Assembly: GCF_006345805.1 (NCBI RefSeq)
Contig: NC_043024.1
Location: 13,578,001-13,642,000 of the forward strand
Length of the DNA: 64,000 nt
Origin: Octopus sinensis
Lineage: Eukaryota
Direction of reading: 5' to 3'
Both the position numbers and the translations under genes were made by a program. Positions 12,458-27,263 of the stretch are shown in pieces; the first letter of the stretch is position 1, and each line of letters opens with the position of its first letter. The notes under the pieces are model-generated. The model was not told where the DNA came from. It saw only the letters and a program-made list of their open reading frames with translations, and did no database searches.

Positions 12458-13689
12458 CATATATATGATATATATATATATATATATGAAATATATCATA
12501 TGTATATATATATATATATGAATAAATATATATGCATATATATATATAATATATTATAATATATATATATATATATAATGCATATATATATATATCATAC
12601 ATATATGTATATATGCAATATATATATATATATACATATCTATATATCATATATATGTACATATACGTAATAAACTTATATACATACACACACATATATA
12701 TATATACATATGTATAAATAAGCATTATTATATAAGTATGTGTGTACGTATGTTTCAATGTGCATATATATATAAGTATATGTGAAATTTTATCGAATCT
12801 CTTATACAAATGCATTATACTTGAAGCAATGAAAAGCATAGTGAAAACGAAATCTAAATTATATTTCGTTCTTGCTCACCGTTTTTCTTCTTTCCTCTCA
12901 ATATCTCGGCATAAATCTCTCTCTCCAAGACTCCTAGAATCTCATTAGAAGAAAACTTTGTTTTTTTTTCGTTTTTATATTTCAATACTAAACACGATAT
13001 GCTTTACTTTTCGTTTTGCGTTTATTCTTGTTTCTTTCCTTTTTTTCTAATTCTTCAAAATCTGTGGTTTTGCCAACTCCTCTATCATTTTGCTATCATT
13101 CATTCTCTTTCTCAACAATCACCGTCTCATGCAAGTCTCTATTTTCCATGCATGTATGTGTGTATATATATATATATACTATATAAATATATGTATATAA
13201 TATATATATATATATATATATTTATCTATATATACACATATATATATACAATATATATATATGCATTATTTTATATTATATATATATATAAATATATAAT
13301 ATATATGTATATATAATATATATATATATCTATATATATATATATACTTACAAACATATATATATATAATATACATGCACATACACACATATATATAATG
13401 GGATATATATATTTATGTATGACATATACATATTTATAAAAACGCATATATTATATATATATTATATAGATACTATATAATATATATATATAGATATATA
13501 TATATATTTCCATATATTTATACGTACATATATATACACACAGAGATATAAATATACACATACATTCATATATGTAAGCATACGTATACACATGCATGCA
13601 TATATATATATATCTATATATATATATGTATATGCGTGTTCATGTGAGTGCGTGTGTTTGTATTTATATATGTATTCCAATCATCTGAA

Positions 13690-14666
13690 ATGGAACCACT
13701 AAATCACGGTATTCCAGCAATTTTGAGAGACGTAAAGCAATTGTAACTACTGGCGATATCAGCGATACGTTTGGTGTGGAAAACCAGTGAGTGGTCAACT
13801 TGAAAATGGTTTAAGCGATTTCGCAGTGGCGACCCGTGCTTTGAATATCGTGAGCGTAGTAGACGCCCATTTATCATTGATGACGATCAGATAGTCAAAA
13901 AGCTCGATACATGGGTACCACATGATTTGAAAGACAATCAGAAAATACGCAGGAAAGAAACTTGTTTGTAACTAGACTGATCCATTTCTCGACTGTATCG
14001 TAACTTGCGACGAAAAGTGGATTCTGTACAATAATAAAAACTGTTCCCGCAGCAGTTGGGCGAAAGGAAGCACGGAAAACCTTCCATAAATCCGAGATCT
14101 TCAACAACAAGCTTATTGTGATTGTTTGGTGTTATGCTCCTGGACTCATGCATTATAACTTCTTAAAATATAGAAAAACCATTTCTGCAGAAACACATTG
14201 CCATGAAATTACCAAAATGAACGAAAATCTTCTACTCCTCCGTCTCAGAGTGGCCAACAGAAGAGGTGAATTTCCCAACCGCATGTTTCCGGATTCAGTC
14301 CACCTGCATGGCACCTTGGGCAATTGTCTTCTACTATAGACTGGGGGCGTCTAAAGATTTATGAGTGAATCTGGTAGACGAAAACTGAAAGAAGCCCGTT
14401 GTATATATACGTATATGCTCGAATATACGTTTCACTAATGACGTTCCAGTAGTAGTAGGAACTTGGCTACGAAGTCCTTCCCCATCCTGCTTATTCCCAG
14501 TCCTTTCTCCTACCGTCGACCACTTTTTCAAGCAACCTGAAGAAGCTCAAAAATGAAACCGTTGCTGAAAGTGTGTTCAAAGAAATCATCAGCTCCTGAA
14601 ATCCAGATATGTGTAACTCGTTGGGAAAAATGCTTTGATTGTAACGGTAATTACCTTGATGAATAA
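13690..14666 (+). pseudogene. mariner transposase pseudogene, interrupted by a SINE B fragment
   Basis: Peptides WFKRFRSGD...RSRRPFIIDDD, PFLDCIVTCDEKWILYNNKK, GYEVLP-HPAYSP-LSPT.DHFFK and VTRWEKCFDCNGNYLDE* (with frameshifts). These are canonical mariner D,D34D-type motifs. Confidence 0.88.
14270..14408 (+). mobile_element. SINE family B fragment inside the mariner
   Basis: GGCACCTTGGGCAATTGTCTTCTACTATAG...GAAAGAAGCCCG. Confidence 0.75.
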
Positions 14667-14817
14667 AATTTCCGCATTGTGAAATATCTTGTGATGAGTA
14701 TTTTGCCGAACCGCTAAGTTACGGGGACATAAACACACCAACATCTTTTGACAAGTGAGTGATAGCGGTAAAACACAGATAGACACACATAACACACACA
14801 CACACACACGCACACAA

Positions 14818-14900
<83 letters not shown>

Positions 14901-14909
14901 TATATATTA

Positions 14910-15032
14910 ATAGGGAAAGTTTACGAAAATAAACAAAAGACGAAGGCAGGTGGAGTACAAACAAACCGATGTATTAGTATAGCGTTCAGGAATAGAAAGA
15001 GTATTTTACGTTTCGAGACTACGCTCTTCGAC
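14910..15032 (-). mobile_element. repeat family G (Penelope-like terminal repeat), truncated at its hammerhead core
   Basis: Homologous to 46011-46180 and 53590-53757. The minus strand reads TGTCGA-AGAGCGTAGTCTC-GAAA-CG-TA-AAATAC. Abuts (TA)n. Confidence 0.6.
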
Positions 15033-15049
15033 ATAAATATATATACTAC

Positions 15050-15218
15050 ACGATAGGATCCATTCGGTTTTCGTCAACCAAGTCATGTCATTAGTGCTTT
15101 GGTCTGCCCGAGGCTATAGTAGAAGACCTTTGCCCAATGTGCCACATAGTAGGACTGAACTCGGAACCATGTGGTTGGGAAGCAAGTTTCTTCCCACACA
15201 GCCACAGCTGCGCCTATC
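15050..15218 (-). mobile_element. SINE family B 5' half
   Basis: Reverse complement of the family B head and core. Confidence 0.8.
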
Positions 15219-15968
15219 TATATGTGTGTACGTGTATACTTGCATCTATCTTTATGTTAATCTATCTATTAGTCTATCTTAGTCTATCTATTTATCCATA
15301 TTTATATATATACATGCCAACATTGCGTCCATGGACGTTTCTCCTATACACACCAAATACGCTTTCTCTATAAAGTATCACACTTTACGGTGAAAAATCT
15401 TGATATCTGGAAGCACCTGTCAGTCTTCCGCATTCCGCTGACCAATCCAACTTTCATAACATTCCCAGCAATTCTAATACCTCCAAGATAATGTATACAG
15501 CCATTAACAACCAAATACTCCATAACATAGAAACACTTCCTCCTTAGCTGTAGTGAAACACAATAACTAAAGACGGTTTTTGCAAAGGAAAACCCCTGGA
15601 AATCTGTTTCTTTATATCTACTACCACTAGGTTGTTACGTTAGAGAAATTTTGTGAAAGCGAAGTTGTTTCCCTAGACATTACTCCAAGAATCTCGGTCT
15701 GTTAATTAAAAAGAAAAAAAAAAAAGATAGACATTCACTTGGTAGCGTAGCTGAGTCGCCTAGAAATAACAACCAAATCTTCATTCAGCCACATCGTTAA
15801 TCTCTTAAAAACTGGATGTTTTGTTAACGTAGCGCTCTATATATCATGCTGAAAGCAAACGATTGAAAGGAATAGGCACATGCCTGGAAAGCTTTTGTTT
15901 AATGAAGGCTGACATGTGTCCCAACCAACTGCAAGAACATGCCTACTCTCTCCCCTGCGCCTCTATTC

Positions 15969-16026
<58 letters not shown>

Positions 16027-16743
16027 TGGGTGAATGAATTATCCTATGTTTACCGTTAACATGGAAAATTCAATGAACCGTTACCAGAGTAGCAAATTCA
16101 CGTCACAAACACGGTTGAAGCGACCTATGCAATGTGTTAATGTGCAGTAATATATACATACATATATATATATATATGGAAAGTAATACAGTTACATTGC
16201 AATATTTAATTTTTCATTGAAAACCTTTTCACTGTTCTCGGTTTTTTTAACGGCTAAGCGTTCAAGCGAATATACTGGTATTGGTCTAACAACGTTCGGA
16301 ATATTGTCCAGGTAAATCTACCTGAATAAGTCTACTCAAATTTTACGATAACAAAGGTATTTGAAGAGTCCGAAACCTAGGTGCTGGATAATCCGATTCT
16401 GGGTTGTCCATTTATCAAATGTTCTTCCTAGAGATAAGATGAACTTTTTTTATGTTCGCTACCCTCACACGTCTTAGCTAGTATATATACAGTGAAGCTT
16501 TACTATAGCGTTGTAAATTTATCGACTACTATTTCTCTCTCTCTATATATATATATATATGTGTGTGCGTGTGCGTGTGCGCGTGTGTGTGTGTCCATAT
16601 GTCATAAGAAACTTAAATAAGTGACAATTGTCTGAGACTGCAACCCAGCATTAAAGGCATACATAGATGTATTTTTGTGTATGTTTGCCTGTGTGCAAGT
16701 GTGTGTCTATATATATGTATATATAATATATATATATATATAT

Positions 16744-17000
16744 GTTAGTTAGTTAGTTAGTTAATTTTGCTCAAAAGCAAATAGCAAGGCCATGTAGGGG
16801 GACATGGAGTTAAGTACAGGGTGGTGTTCATGTAAAGAGTTCAGGCCACTTGAGGTCAAGGGACGCTTTGAACAAAGCGGTCGTCGGCATCTTCACCATC
16901 TCGTCTGGCAGCTTGTTCCACGGATCCGCAACCCGGACGGAGAAAGCTCCTCTCCTTCGATTGAGATGAAATCGTCGCAGGTAGAGCTTTTCGGAATGAC
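16744..17000 (-). mobile_element. CR1-clade LINE 3' end with (TAAC)n tail
   Basis: Minus frame HSEKLYLRRFHLNRRRGAFSVRVADPWNKLPDEMVKMPTTALFKASLD matches the conserved CR1 ORF2 C-terminus. It is followed by a short 3' UTR and a tandem TAAC tail. Confidence 0.85.
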
Positions 17001-18239
17001 ATATATATATATATATATATATATAGCAAACGAGAATAGCTATGGTCAGGTGCTGTGAACCCACCATCTTCAATATCTAGATAATGAATTCACATTTATA
17101 CCGTTGAAAATTGTTGAATATCATTTTATGCGTGTCTGTGCTGAAATGGCAATCTGGTAAAATTAGGTCTTTTGATGAAAAAAAAAAAGGCATCATGCAA
17201 TTAACTCGCTCATCATATATCAATTGTCTTATCGCAACAGGATACGCAGAGTTTTTCTCATGTTCAAAATTTGAATTTATTTTTTCATGTCTACATTATA
17301 ACAATGACAGCATCTTTCTCAGAGACCAGGTTGTTCCTTAGAGATATAATTGAAATAAGTAACAACAGAAGAGAAGGTACATACATACATACATACATAC
17401 ATACATACATACAGACATACATACATACATACATACAGACAGACACATACATACATACAAGTTTGAGAACATGCCTGACTGTTTGGGCAAGTTTATATTT
17501 TCAGAATATAAAATCAATCAACTTTTCTTTTTATTTCATCAGACATACAATCTGTAAATGGAACAATAAAATATGCTAAACTTAGTTCAAGTTTAAAATG
17601 TGACATCGTTTTTCCCTATCTACATTCAAATGATAGAGTTTGGCATCTTAGTTAGAAAGATGCTTCGTCCTTAGAGCAAGAAACTAAATGGTTAAAAGCA
17701 GTAATGAACATAGAAAAAAAACTAGAAACTTGGCAGACATATAAATATACCTGAAAACATAAAACATTCCAGGAAAAAATAATAGAAAACACAAGTACCC
17801 CTCATCAGACCCGAGTGCTACCCCTAGCTAGCGGATGACAGTTCAACGTAAACATCCTGGGAGTAAAACCTTCAGAAATTTACTGCAGATCCGTGATTAC
17901 ACGCTTAACTTTCTCTGATCGATATTACTCTAATTAGTCAGATTTTTTTTTTTGATTTTTTAACTAATAGCTGCTAATTGTTAACGTATTTCGAAGTTGC
18001 TTGATTGTCTGAACACAATCCTCCTCCCTCCCTCCATCTCTCTTTCCTTCTCTTCTTTCCTCCACTTCCTCTTCTTCCTCTGCTTTCTCCTTCTCTTCCA
18101 TCACTAAAGGCAAGTGCTGAAGTATTTCTTTTAATCGGTACATATTTCCAATGTGCTTCTTCCGATTTCATTAATATCGGCCCATACATATTGTCAAATA
18201 ATAGCCGATGCAATTAGGGACTATTGTTCATTATAGAAC

Positions 18240-19103
18240 GTCAGTGCCAGCGGATGGCGGCGACGGCGGCGATGCTGGTGGTGGTGGTAGTGGTTTTGTT
18301 GGTGGTGGCGAGGTGTATTGTAAAAGTAATGGAGGTGAGCTGTCGATAAAATACAGTATATGTGGTAGTAGTATTGTTGTTGCTTTTTTTTCCGGTGGAA
18401 GCGGCGGTGGCGGCGGTTGTGTGACGCGGTGTATTGGCGTTGTTCGAGTGGTGGTCGTGTGAGGAAGGTGTTATAGAGATGTGGAGGTTCGGCGTCGGCG
18501 GGATGGAGGGTAGGGGGTGTTGGCTGCTAAACATGGAAGTCGTTTTATTCATGTTTCTTTCGCAAAATTTTCTACATTTTCTTTCATTTCTGTTTTTAGA
18601 AAAAATAAAATTTTTGTGAAGTCACTGAAGTTCCTGTATTATCATCATCATCATCATCATCATCATTATTTTTATATTAATATTATATTATTATATATAT
18701 TATTTTATTATTATTATTATTATTATTATCATCATCATCATTCATCATCATTATTAATATTAATATTATTATTATTATAGTATTATTTATTATTATTAGT
18801 ATTATTATAGTATTATTATATTATTATTTATTTTGTTATTATTACTATTATTATTAACGCCATCCTCACCATCATTACAATCAGCACCATTTCTATTATT
18901 GTCGTTGTTGTTGCTACTGCTGCTGTTGTTGCTGTTCTCCTTCTTCTTCTTCTTCTTCTTCTTCTTCTTCTTCTTCTCCTCCTCCTTCTCCTTCTCATTA
19001 TTATTACCATTATTATTATTATTATGATTAATATTATGATTAATATTATCATTATTATTATCATTATTATTTTTTTAATTATTGTTATTATTGTTATCAT
19101 TAC

Positions 19104-19134
<31 letters not shown>

Positions 19135-19898
19135 ATTATTCATATTACTATTATCATTATTATTATTATTATTATCATTATTATCATTATTATTATCATT
19201 ATTATTGTTATTATTATCATTAGCATTGCTATTATTATTACTATTGTTGTAACTAATATTATTAGGAATATTTATTGTCGCTGCTGTTATTTTTGCTGCT
19301 GTTGCTGCTGTTGTTCTTGTTGTTCTTGTTGGTGGCGGTGGTGGTCGTGGTGTGGTTGGCAGCGGCGGCGGCGGTGTTGATTAGTAAAATAATGCATCCA
19401 TTGATTGTATTTTAGAGCTCGTGGCGTTATTTTTAATCGAGTGTTCGTTTATAAAAGAACCGAGTGTTGTGTGCAATTACAACGCTTAGGTATTTTTTTT
19501 TGTGGCTCATTTGAAACTGGTGTCGATGATGATGATGATGACGACAATGATGATGATGATGACGGTGATGGTGGTGGTGGTGGTAGCGGTGGTGGTGGTG
19601 GTGGTAATGATGAATGTTCAATTATGAAGAACTTAGTTATATGCAATTACGGCTGCTGTGTATTATTTTATTGCATTTTATTATATTTTTAGTAATCAGA
19701 GCTGACTAACGTGTTGCATATTCGCTGTACGAATAATATTGTTGATGATGAGGACGGCGTTAATGATGAGGAGGATGAGGATGGTGATGATGATGATGGT
19801 GGCTATCATGAGGTGGATTTGACAAGGATATTAACGATGCTGCTGTTGATATTGATGCTCATATTCATATTGCTGTTGTTGTTCTTGACGACGACGGC

Positions 19899-19931
<33 letters not shown>

Positions 19932-20230
19932 GGTGATGTGGTGGTGATGATGATGATGATGATGATGGTGGTGGTGATAGTAGTGGTGGTAGTGGTGGTG
20001 GTTATGATGATGATGATGATGATAATGACGATAATGATGATGGTGGTGATGGGGTGGTGATGATGATGATGATGATGGCGGTGGTGGTGATGATGATGAT
20101 GATGACCACGATGCTGATGATGATAGATGACGATGACAATGCTCTTGATAATGCAGATAGTACTCCTAATGATGATCATGATCATGATCACGATGATATT
20201 TTTGATGAGGCGGCTGATAGTTTTGAGGAC
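18240..20230. repeat. 2-kb mosaic of GGT/ATT/CTT/GAT trinucleotide repeats
   Basis: Directly visible; explains the homopolymeric ORFs. Confidence 0.95.
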
Positions 20231-21985
20231 TAGTTTTCCTCATCCAAAATGACTGAGTTATATCTTTTATTGTAAACGTTTGTAAATACGATGGCAACTC
20301 TTATGTTCTTTGTTGAAACATCGAGACGAATAGAATAAGTACTAGGTTTACAAAAAATAAGTCCTGGAGTCGATTTCTTCGACTGAAAAGAGGTTCTCCA
20401 GAAAATGTGTTTGGGAAGCAAGCTTCCTTATTGCCTAGTCATTCAGATGAAGGAAACATTGGCATATCTCACAAATTGCAAGTTTCGTTGAGTGAGTCTT
20501 TTCCGAAAATTCTCGAAAACAGACGGATCGAAATGAGACAAGTGTTGATATTTAGACCTTCAAGATAAATAACATAGAAACATTGGACACTTTTGGTGAA
20601 ACGATTTAAAGAAAACAGACTGGAAGTGTAAAGTATAGAAGCCATCTTATCATGGCTAACCACATTGGGGAGGGGGTGTTACCGTAGCTTTATAGCCCCA
20701 AGAGATCTTCGTCTCAAGCTGGCTTTAGACACAATATCTGTGTCCTTGGAGTATTTGCAAAGGGAGGCCATCCCTTCCTCGCAAGCCTGAGTGATACGCT
20801 CGAACAAATTTCGGGATTGTTGTCACTCGTCAACGGGCGGTAACCACCAGGTAGCGATGAAAGAGAAGGCTCCTTTGCAAATAGATATAAGTTTTTCTAA
20901 TGGCGTCTGCCACTGAGGTCGAAAAACGAACAGTAAGCATAATTAAATCTCAGAATGAGAAGTGTTATATTATTATCCATCTTTTTGAATAACGTGATGT
21001 CTACATACCCTGCCATTCCCAAAGAAGAATTGACATTTTTACATCATCATTTTCCAGAAGTTATGGCTACATTTAAAGAGCATTCTACGAATATCGGTGA
21101 CTTGAGAAATGCTTGGAAGCAAGATGGCTTACTCAACTTTCAGAGTTCCCTATAACAGCGATGTAATAGCCATTAACCGTGAAATCTCGAGGCAGAATTA
21201 TCCACCTACACGTGTTAAAACGTGTTTTCGGCCAGGAATAATGTGACAGGAGCTTTATACGCATGCGTATCTGCGACAACCATCTACGTCAGCAATAAAA
21301 TCTAAATCCGCTTAATGTATTATCATGTCCGAACACCTTTAGACGTGTTAAATATGATTTTAAATCAAATACTTTATTCTAGCTTGAAGAAGTTGTTCGT
21401 ACACCATCTATTATTCTGTGCGCTCGTTGATAAAACTGATTTTGCTCTTAGTGGGTTGTGAGAGAAAAGCTTGGTTTTCGTAGCCGCTCAAGAAAAATAA
21501 ATTCGAGAAAAATATGTTCTGGATGACATGACATCATCCAGAAATCAAAACAATGCGATCCAACAAAGACAAATGTGCTTTAAAAACGTGACAGGAATAA
21601 ATACTTAAAAGGTGCCTCGAAATCGGACATCGAGAGTTTCGTGCGCTGACAACGATCAAACATTTCAAGTTTGTATGAAAGGAATACTACATCCAGGTTT
21701 GTACGCCCCCAACGGAGCCCGTCTCCTTCAGGCTCTGGAATGGGGTTCCAGAGCAATTCCAATGTAATATGATGTAATGTACATAAGCAAACTATTTATC
21801 TTCAGAAATTATATACATTAACATATATATGTGCGTGTATGCGTGTATGTGTGTGTGTGTGTGTTTGTTATAATTTAGAAGAAACAGTAAGTTGTCATTA
21901 TAGTGCTCGGATTTCATATATATATGTATATATATATATATATTATATATATGTACATAGATGCAAATACGTATACATAATACGA

Positions 21986-22017
<32 letters not shown>

Positions 22018-22050
22018 ATATATATATATGTATATATATATATATAATAT

Positions 22051-22081
<31 letters not shown>

Positions 22082-22557
22082 CTATATATATATATATATA
22101 TAATATATATATATATATATAAGTATGTATATATACACATATACAAACAAGTACATACACAGAATTGAACCCACCCACACACAGATTAAATTTACATCAT
22201 ACATATTTATGATAGCTATACCATAAATGTAAGACAAGATTCTATGAATTAGAAACCAATGCTTTCCATAACAGAGTTCCTGAATTCTCTCTCTAAAAAT
22301 AACATAATCAAATAAATTTCTGTATAAAATTTCCAACTTCAGCGGATATTCAAATAGCACGTTCCGAAATCAGATTTTACAAATTTGGTTTTCTAAGATT
22401 TCTATTTTGCATTTTGTTTTACCCCTGTACTTTCGTTATTCTATGAATTTTCAGGCGTCAGCAGGGAATCGTCGATGAATAAATCTATACCTATATATCA
22501 ATAATCTCTCTCTCTCTCTCTCTCTTTCCCTCTCTCTCTCTCTCTCTCTCTCTTCTC

Positions 22558-22621
<64 letters not shown>

Positions 22622-23039
22622 CCATCGCTATATCTCTCTCTCAATTTCTGTCTGTTTATCTATCTATCTATCTATATTATATATTCATACACACATATAC
22701 CTCCTTATGTAAATGTATATGTATGTATTTATATATGTATATCTGTATATTTATACGTACCCGTGCTTACACTTGCACTCGTGTTGTGTATATGTATGTG
22801 TTTTCCGTATATTTGGCCATATATTTATTCCAAGAAAATCAAGTTGGGAATCACTGTAAGAGTGGGCCATTCTTCACTCTACAATTCTTGTAATCGATTA
22901 TTTTTGGAAGATACGTCGTATTCATCTCTCTGTATCTGAATATATGTCATTTGGCCGTCTATCTCTGGACCGGTTTTATACGCGCATGTGTATAATCATA
23001 TGTGATAATTTGAAGATATCTGCGTGATTCAAAGTCTTC

Positions 23040-23260
23040 AATGACAAAGTGTGGAAAAAGGTTGGAACAGATTTGCAGCCCCATTGTTTGACTACCACTA
23101 GCAAGAGGAGGACTTGATAAATGTTAAACTACGTAATCGGGTGACACTGCAAACTGCATTTAAAGTATGGCCTCCAGTTACCTTTATTACTTCTACAGAT
23201 CTGCTGGATCTAAATGTTTGCCTAGATATCTTCTGCAATATGTAGTCACCACAAATACCT
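23040..23260 (+). pseudogene. possible Tc1/maT-type transposase relic
   Basis: The DNA resembles a WQQD.AP.H..R coding block, followed by VWPP...DLN. Highly degraded. Confidence 0.35.
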
Positions 23261-24242
23261 AGGTACATACATATATTTGCTATCTGCGGTCGGCTTCCTA
23301 TATTTCGGCACAGGGCCCGCAGTTCAGTGCGAGTCGGTAGTCGATTACATCGATTCCAGTATTAGAATGGTATTTATTTTATTAACTCCGAAAAGATAAA
23401 AGGCAAAAATCGACCTTCCAAATTTGATCGTAGAACGTAGAGTGAGAGAATATGCCGCTCAGCGTTTCGTCGGTTGTACTAACCATTCTGTTGACTCAAT
23501 AATACATTACACAAACTAAAATAGCGATGCAAGAATTTTATTTCGCAGAAACGTTGCAGATTTTGCAGTTTGAAGCTACCATTTACTCTGCCGTTAATCT
23601 CTACCGAAGTGATAATAGCACCGAAAATGATCGCATTGATGTTTTTGTCAGGCAACTCAGAAAAAATGTATTTGGACAAGAATTTCTATGGTTTTAATTG
23701 AGCGCAAGCTTTGTTATATTTCGGAATGGTCATTTTGCAAATTTAGCCAATAAAAACACACGCACTATATATTTGGTGTTATTTTGCTTCAGTGTTATTT
23801 ATTTTTTACATTACACTTAATCTTATTTCGGCCAGAGTTCTTTCGTCACACTCCTTTGTGTTTAATAAGAATAGAAGTTTATATGAAGTATCTCATCCAC
23901 ATTGTCAAAATTTGCATCGTTATGTCAATTTAGTTATTATCGAAATTTCTTACATATATATTGTATTATTAATTCATTTTTCTCAGAAAAATCAGCATAT
24001 GACATTGGACGAAACTTTGTGTATTGATCTCTTTCAAATGCTGCAGAGAAATTATCGTATAAGTAATTTTTTGCTCTTCATTGGAAGAATAAAAAGTGCT
24101 TAGTAAATGTCTTCTAATACAAGCACAAGTCCATTCGTCGATATGCATAAAAAATTATTGATTTTGTGAATTTTTCAAAAAAGTCCGTCTTCTCTGTCCC
24201 GCCCTGTATACATAGCTAGATAGCTAGCTAGATGGATAGATG

Positions 24243-24309
<67 letters not shown>

Positions 24310-24699
24310 TGATAGATAGATAGATAGATATATAGATAGATAGACAGATACATACATACCTACATATATATATATATATATACACTCACATACATATATG
24401 CATACACAGAAGCACACAAACACATTTACACATATAATCTCAATACGAAATACATAGTTTTATGTAGTTTTATTGTGCAAATATTATCAGATATAACATT
24501 CAATTCATAGTATAGAGTGTAGAGTATTTTTCTCAGAAGCTGGCTGATGTTCGTCCTAGACCTACACGAAATTGATATGAAAGCTTCTGTATTTAAAAAA
24601 AAAAACGCACACAAATGCAAACACACTTGCACGCACACACACTATCACAACTATCACACATACACACACACTATCACAAATCAGTAACCAGGAGACACA

Positions 24700-26000
24700 A
24701 ATGTCAAGAAGAAATTGGCAAAACCTGGACTGCTTCAGCAGAAATGATTTTATGAACTTATCTTCCACTTCGTTACAATACTTGTGGCAGGCTGTATAAT
24801 TCTTGACAGAGCTGCATGCAATTGGCCATGTTTAAATAGATCAGTTGGAGAGGACAGACCTATTTTATTCAATGCCACAAACGGTGATTTATTGACGGTT
24901 ATTGCAAAAGTCACCCATACTGGTATCTGCAATCGCATAAATCTGAAATCAACAGAGTGGTGTCACGAGGTCTCTGCATAATTCCTGGCACAATGACATG
25001 TTTTCTATACAGCTCACCTCCTGTAACGTTGTGCCCTGTAATCAAGCGTTCATGTAAATGGCTTATTCGAAATCTTGCTCCATTACGAAATCCGTAAGCC
25101 TTATTTAAATTTCGCAGCAGTATGACAGCAGTTGCCATTTTCAAGTTCAAAATATCGTGTGCGTAATCGAACAGTTACCTCCGTTTAGTACCCGATTGGA
25201 TAATCGATCATATTTCCTTCATCGTCGCAGCAATCAATGATTATGTAAGTGACTATTTCTCCATCAGATATGATGGTAATTTACTGAATAATACAATTTA
25301 TTCATCCAACGACAGTATTGTTAGAGCCTGGAATTTCTCTGTTAGTAAATGTTTGCCGAATCAAATGCGCTGTCAGAGACATGATTTATCATTTCCACAT
25401 TAAGTTGATACTATCCGGAAACAATTCCGAACCTCACTCATACCAACAATTTCAGTCGTTTCCTCCTTTCTTTATCTGGAAGCAGAAAATTTGGTCAGTT
25501 ACGGTACACTCCATTCTGTTATTGTAGCATTCAGTCGTTTCACATTCTTCCGAAATGAAGAATGTTTCCTAAATAATATATCGATAGCAGTTTTACATGC
25601 TGTTCTCGTCTAGGAAAGGGTTTGGCAAAAGTTGCTGACACCTTCGGATATTTGGAAATGAACACGGAATGTGTAATCAGGAGATTTATAAGTATATTCC
25701 AACCGTTGTGGTTCTTTTATTTCAACAAATGAAAACAGGAATTTAGTGAATGTTTGCAGTTGGTTTCACGTAGGTCGATTTTAACTTTCATTCGTTCGTA
25801 GTCGAAAAAATGACTAATTTGCTCGCTCCTCCGAAGCTGCTGTCTATGAACAAAAATTTGAAATCAATCCTTAAATTAGTCCTTCAAACAGAATCTGTAT
25901 CAACAGAACATAGAAAAGATGGTAGTTGTACAATCACTTTTGCCTCGACAGAAGTGGCTGCATGGATTTTAAACAAAAAAGATGCCAACCTGTAGATGCC
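24700..26000 (-). mobile_element. Helitron RepHel (PIF1-type helicase) C-terminal relic
   Basis: Minus-strand peptides in the expected order: HAATSVEAK, NFCQTL, GEIVTYIIID...DYP, ILLRNLNKAYGFRNGARF, RLQIPVWVTFAITVNKS...HGQLHAALSR. Stops and frameshifts are present. Confidence 0.9.
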
Positions 26001-26026
26001 AAATTAGCATGTATATGGTCCCAATA

Positions 26027-26259
26027 TAGGCGGCGAGCTGGCAGAAACGTTAGCAGGCTGGGCGAAATGCGTAGCCGTATTTCGTCTGTCGTTACGTCGT
26101 GAGTTCAAATTCCGCCGAGGTCGACTTTGCCTTTCATCCTTTCGGGTTCGATAAATTAAGTACCAGTTACGCACTGGGGTCGATGTAATCAACTTAATCC
26201 GTTTGTCTGACCTTGCTTGTCCCCTCTATGTTTAACCCCTTGTGGGCAATAAAGAAATA
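26027..26259 (+). mobile_element. SINE family A, full-length monomer
   Basis: A-box TGGCAGAAACG (26039-26049), B-box GAGTTCAAATT (26101-26111), central CCTTTCATCCTTTCGGG.TCGATAAA.TAAGTACCAG. 15-bp TSD TATATGGTCCCAATA at 26012-26026 and 26260-26274. Confidence 0.92.
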
Positions 26260-26289
26260 TATATGGTCCCAATAATTAATAGCTATTCG

Positions 26290-26702
26290 TAAGGTGGCGA
26301 GTTGGCAGAAACGTTAGCACGCCGGGCGAAATGCGTAGCCGTATTTCGTCTGCCGTTACGTTCTGAGTTCAAATTTCGCCGAGGTCGACTTTACCTTTCA
26401 TCATTTAGTGGTCGACAAATTAAGTACCATTTACGCACTGGGGTCGATGTAATCGACTAAATCCATTCGTCTGTTCTTGTTTGTCCCCTCTGTGTTTATC
26501 ACCTTATGGGTAGTAATGAAATAGGTATTTCGTCTGCCGTTACGTTAAGAGTTCAAATTCCGCCGAGGTCGACTTTAACTTTCATCCTTTCGGGGTCGAT
26601 TAAATAAGTACCAGTTATGCACTGGGGTCGTTTTAATCGACTTAATCCCTTTGTTTGTCCCCTCTATGTTATGGGCAATAAAGAAATAAGAAACGTTAGC
26701 AA
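26290..26702 (+). mobile_element. SINE family A multimer
   Basis: Monomer, then a second unit joined at GAAATAGGTATTTCGTC (26518-26534), then a third start at AGAAACGTTAGC. Confidence 0.9.
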
Positions 26703-27117
26703 GCTGCGATGAAATTGTTTTTGCGAGAATTTGGTTAGTAATTGCTAGTGTTAAATTTTGAAGTTTTCATATTCTTTTATGTTCTGTTTTAAAAGACGTA
26801 GTAGACTGTTGTTCCCTCTGTATTTTTGAGATAAATTATAGAAAAAATATTTTGGAAAATATTTATTTTTGTGAAACATTACCCCACCCCACCACTAGGT
26901 ATACATATATATGTGCATGTGTATGTACGCACACATAATACATACCTCTATTTAGTGAAAGCGCGTGGCTTAGCCGCTACGAAATTCGGGTCGAGAGTTC
27001 GATTCTCGGCGTTTTAACAAACAACAATTCGTACACGACGTTGCAATGTTCACTATGTACTTCTTCAGCTCACAAAACTTTTATGCGGTACACAGACACA
27101 CACACACACATATATAA

Positions 27118-27159
<42 letters not shown>

Positions 27160-27263
27160 ATAATGAAGGGTTGAAAATTAATTAATTTGGAATAATTATC
27201 AATTACACCAAGTAGTCTTCGGCATGTAAAACCCTCATTCGAGAGAAAATTTAAGTAAAGTAA

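Noticed and set aside
14531-14566. Hammerhead-like AGCAAC-CTGAAGA...GAAA-CC-GTTGCT
   Set aside because: No NUH triplet or stem III, and it lies within mariner transposase coding sequence, so it is coincidental.
16361-16383. TTGAAGA-GTCC-GAAA-C-CTAG-G-TG hammerhead-like motif
   Set aside because: C3 is missing, there is no stem II or stem I pairing, and G17 is non-cleavable.
26027-26120. tRNA-like sequences (also at 6420, 6841, 48256, 60552)
   Set aside because: These are SINE heads continuing into core and tail domains, with no proper acceptor stem; not tRNA genes.
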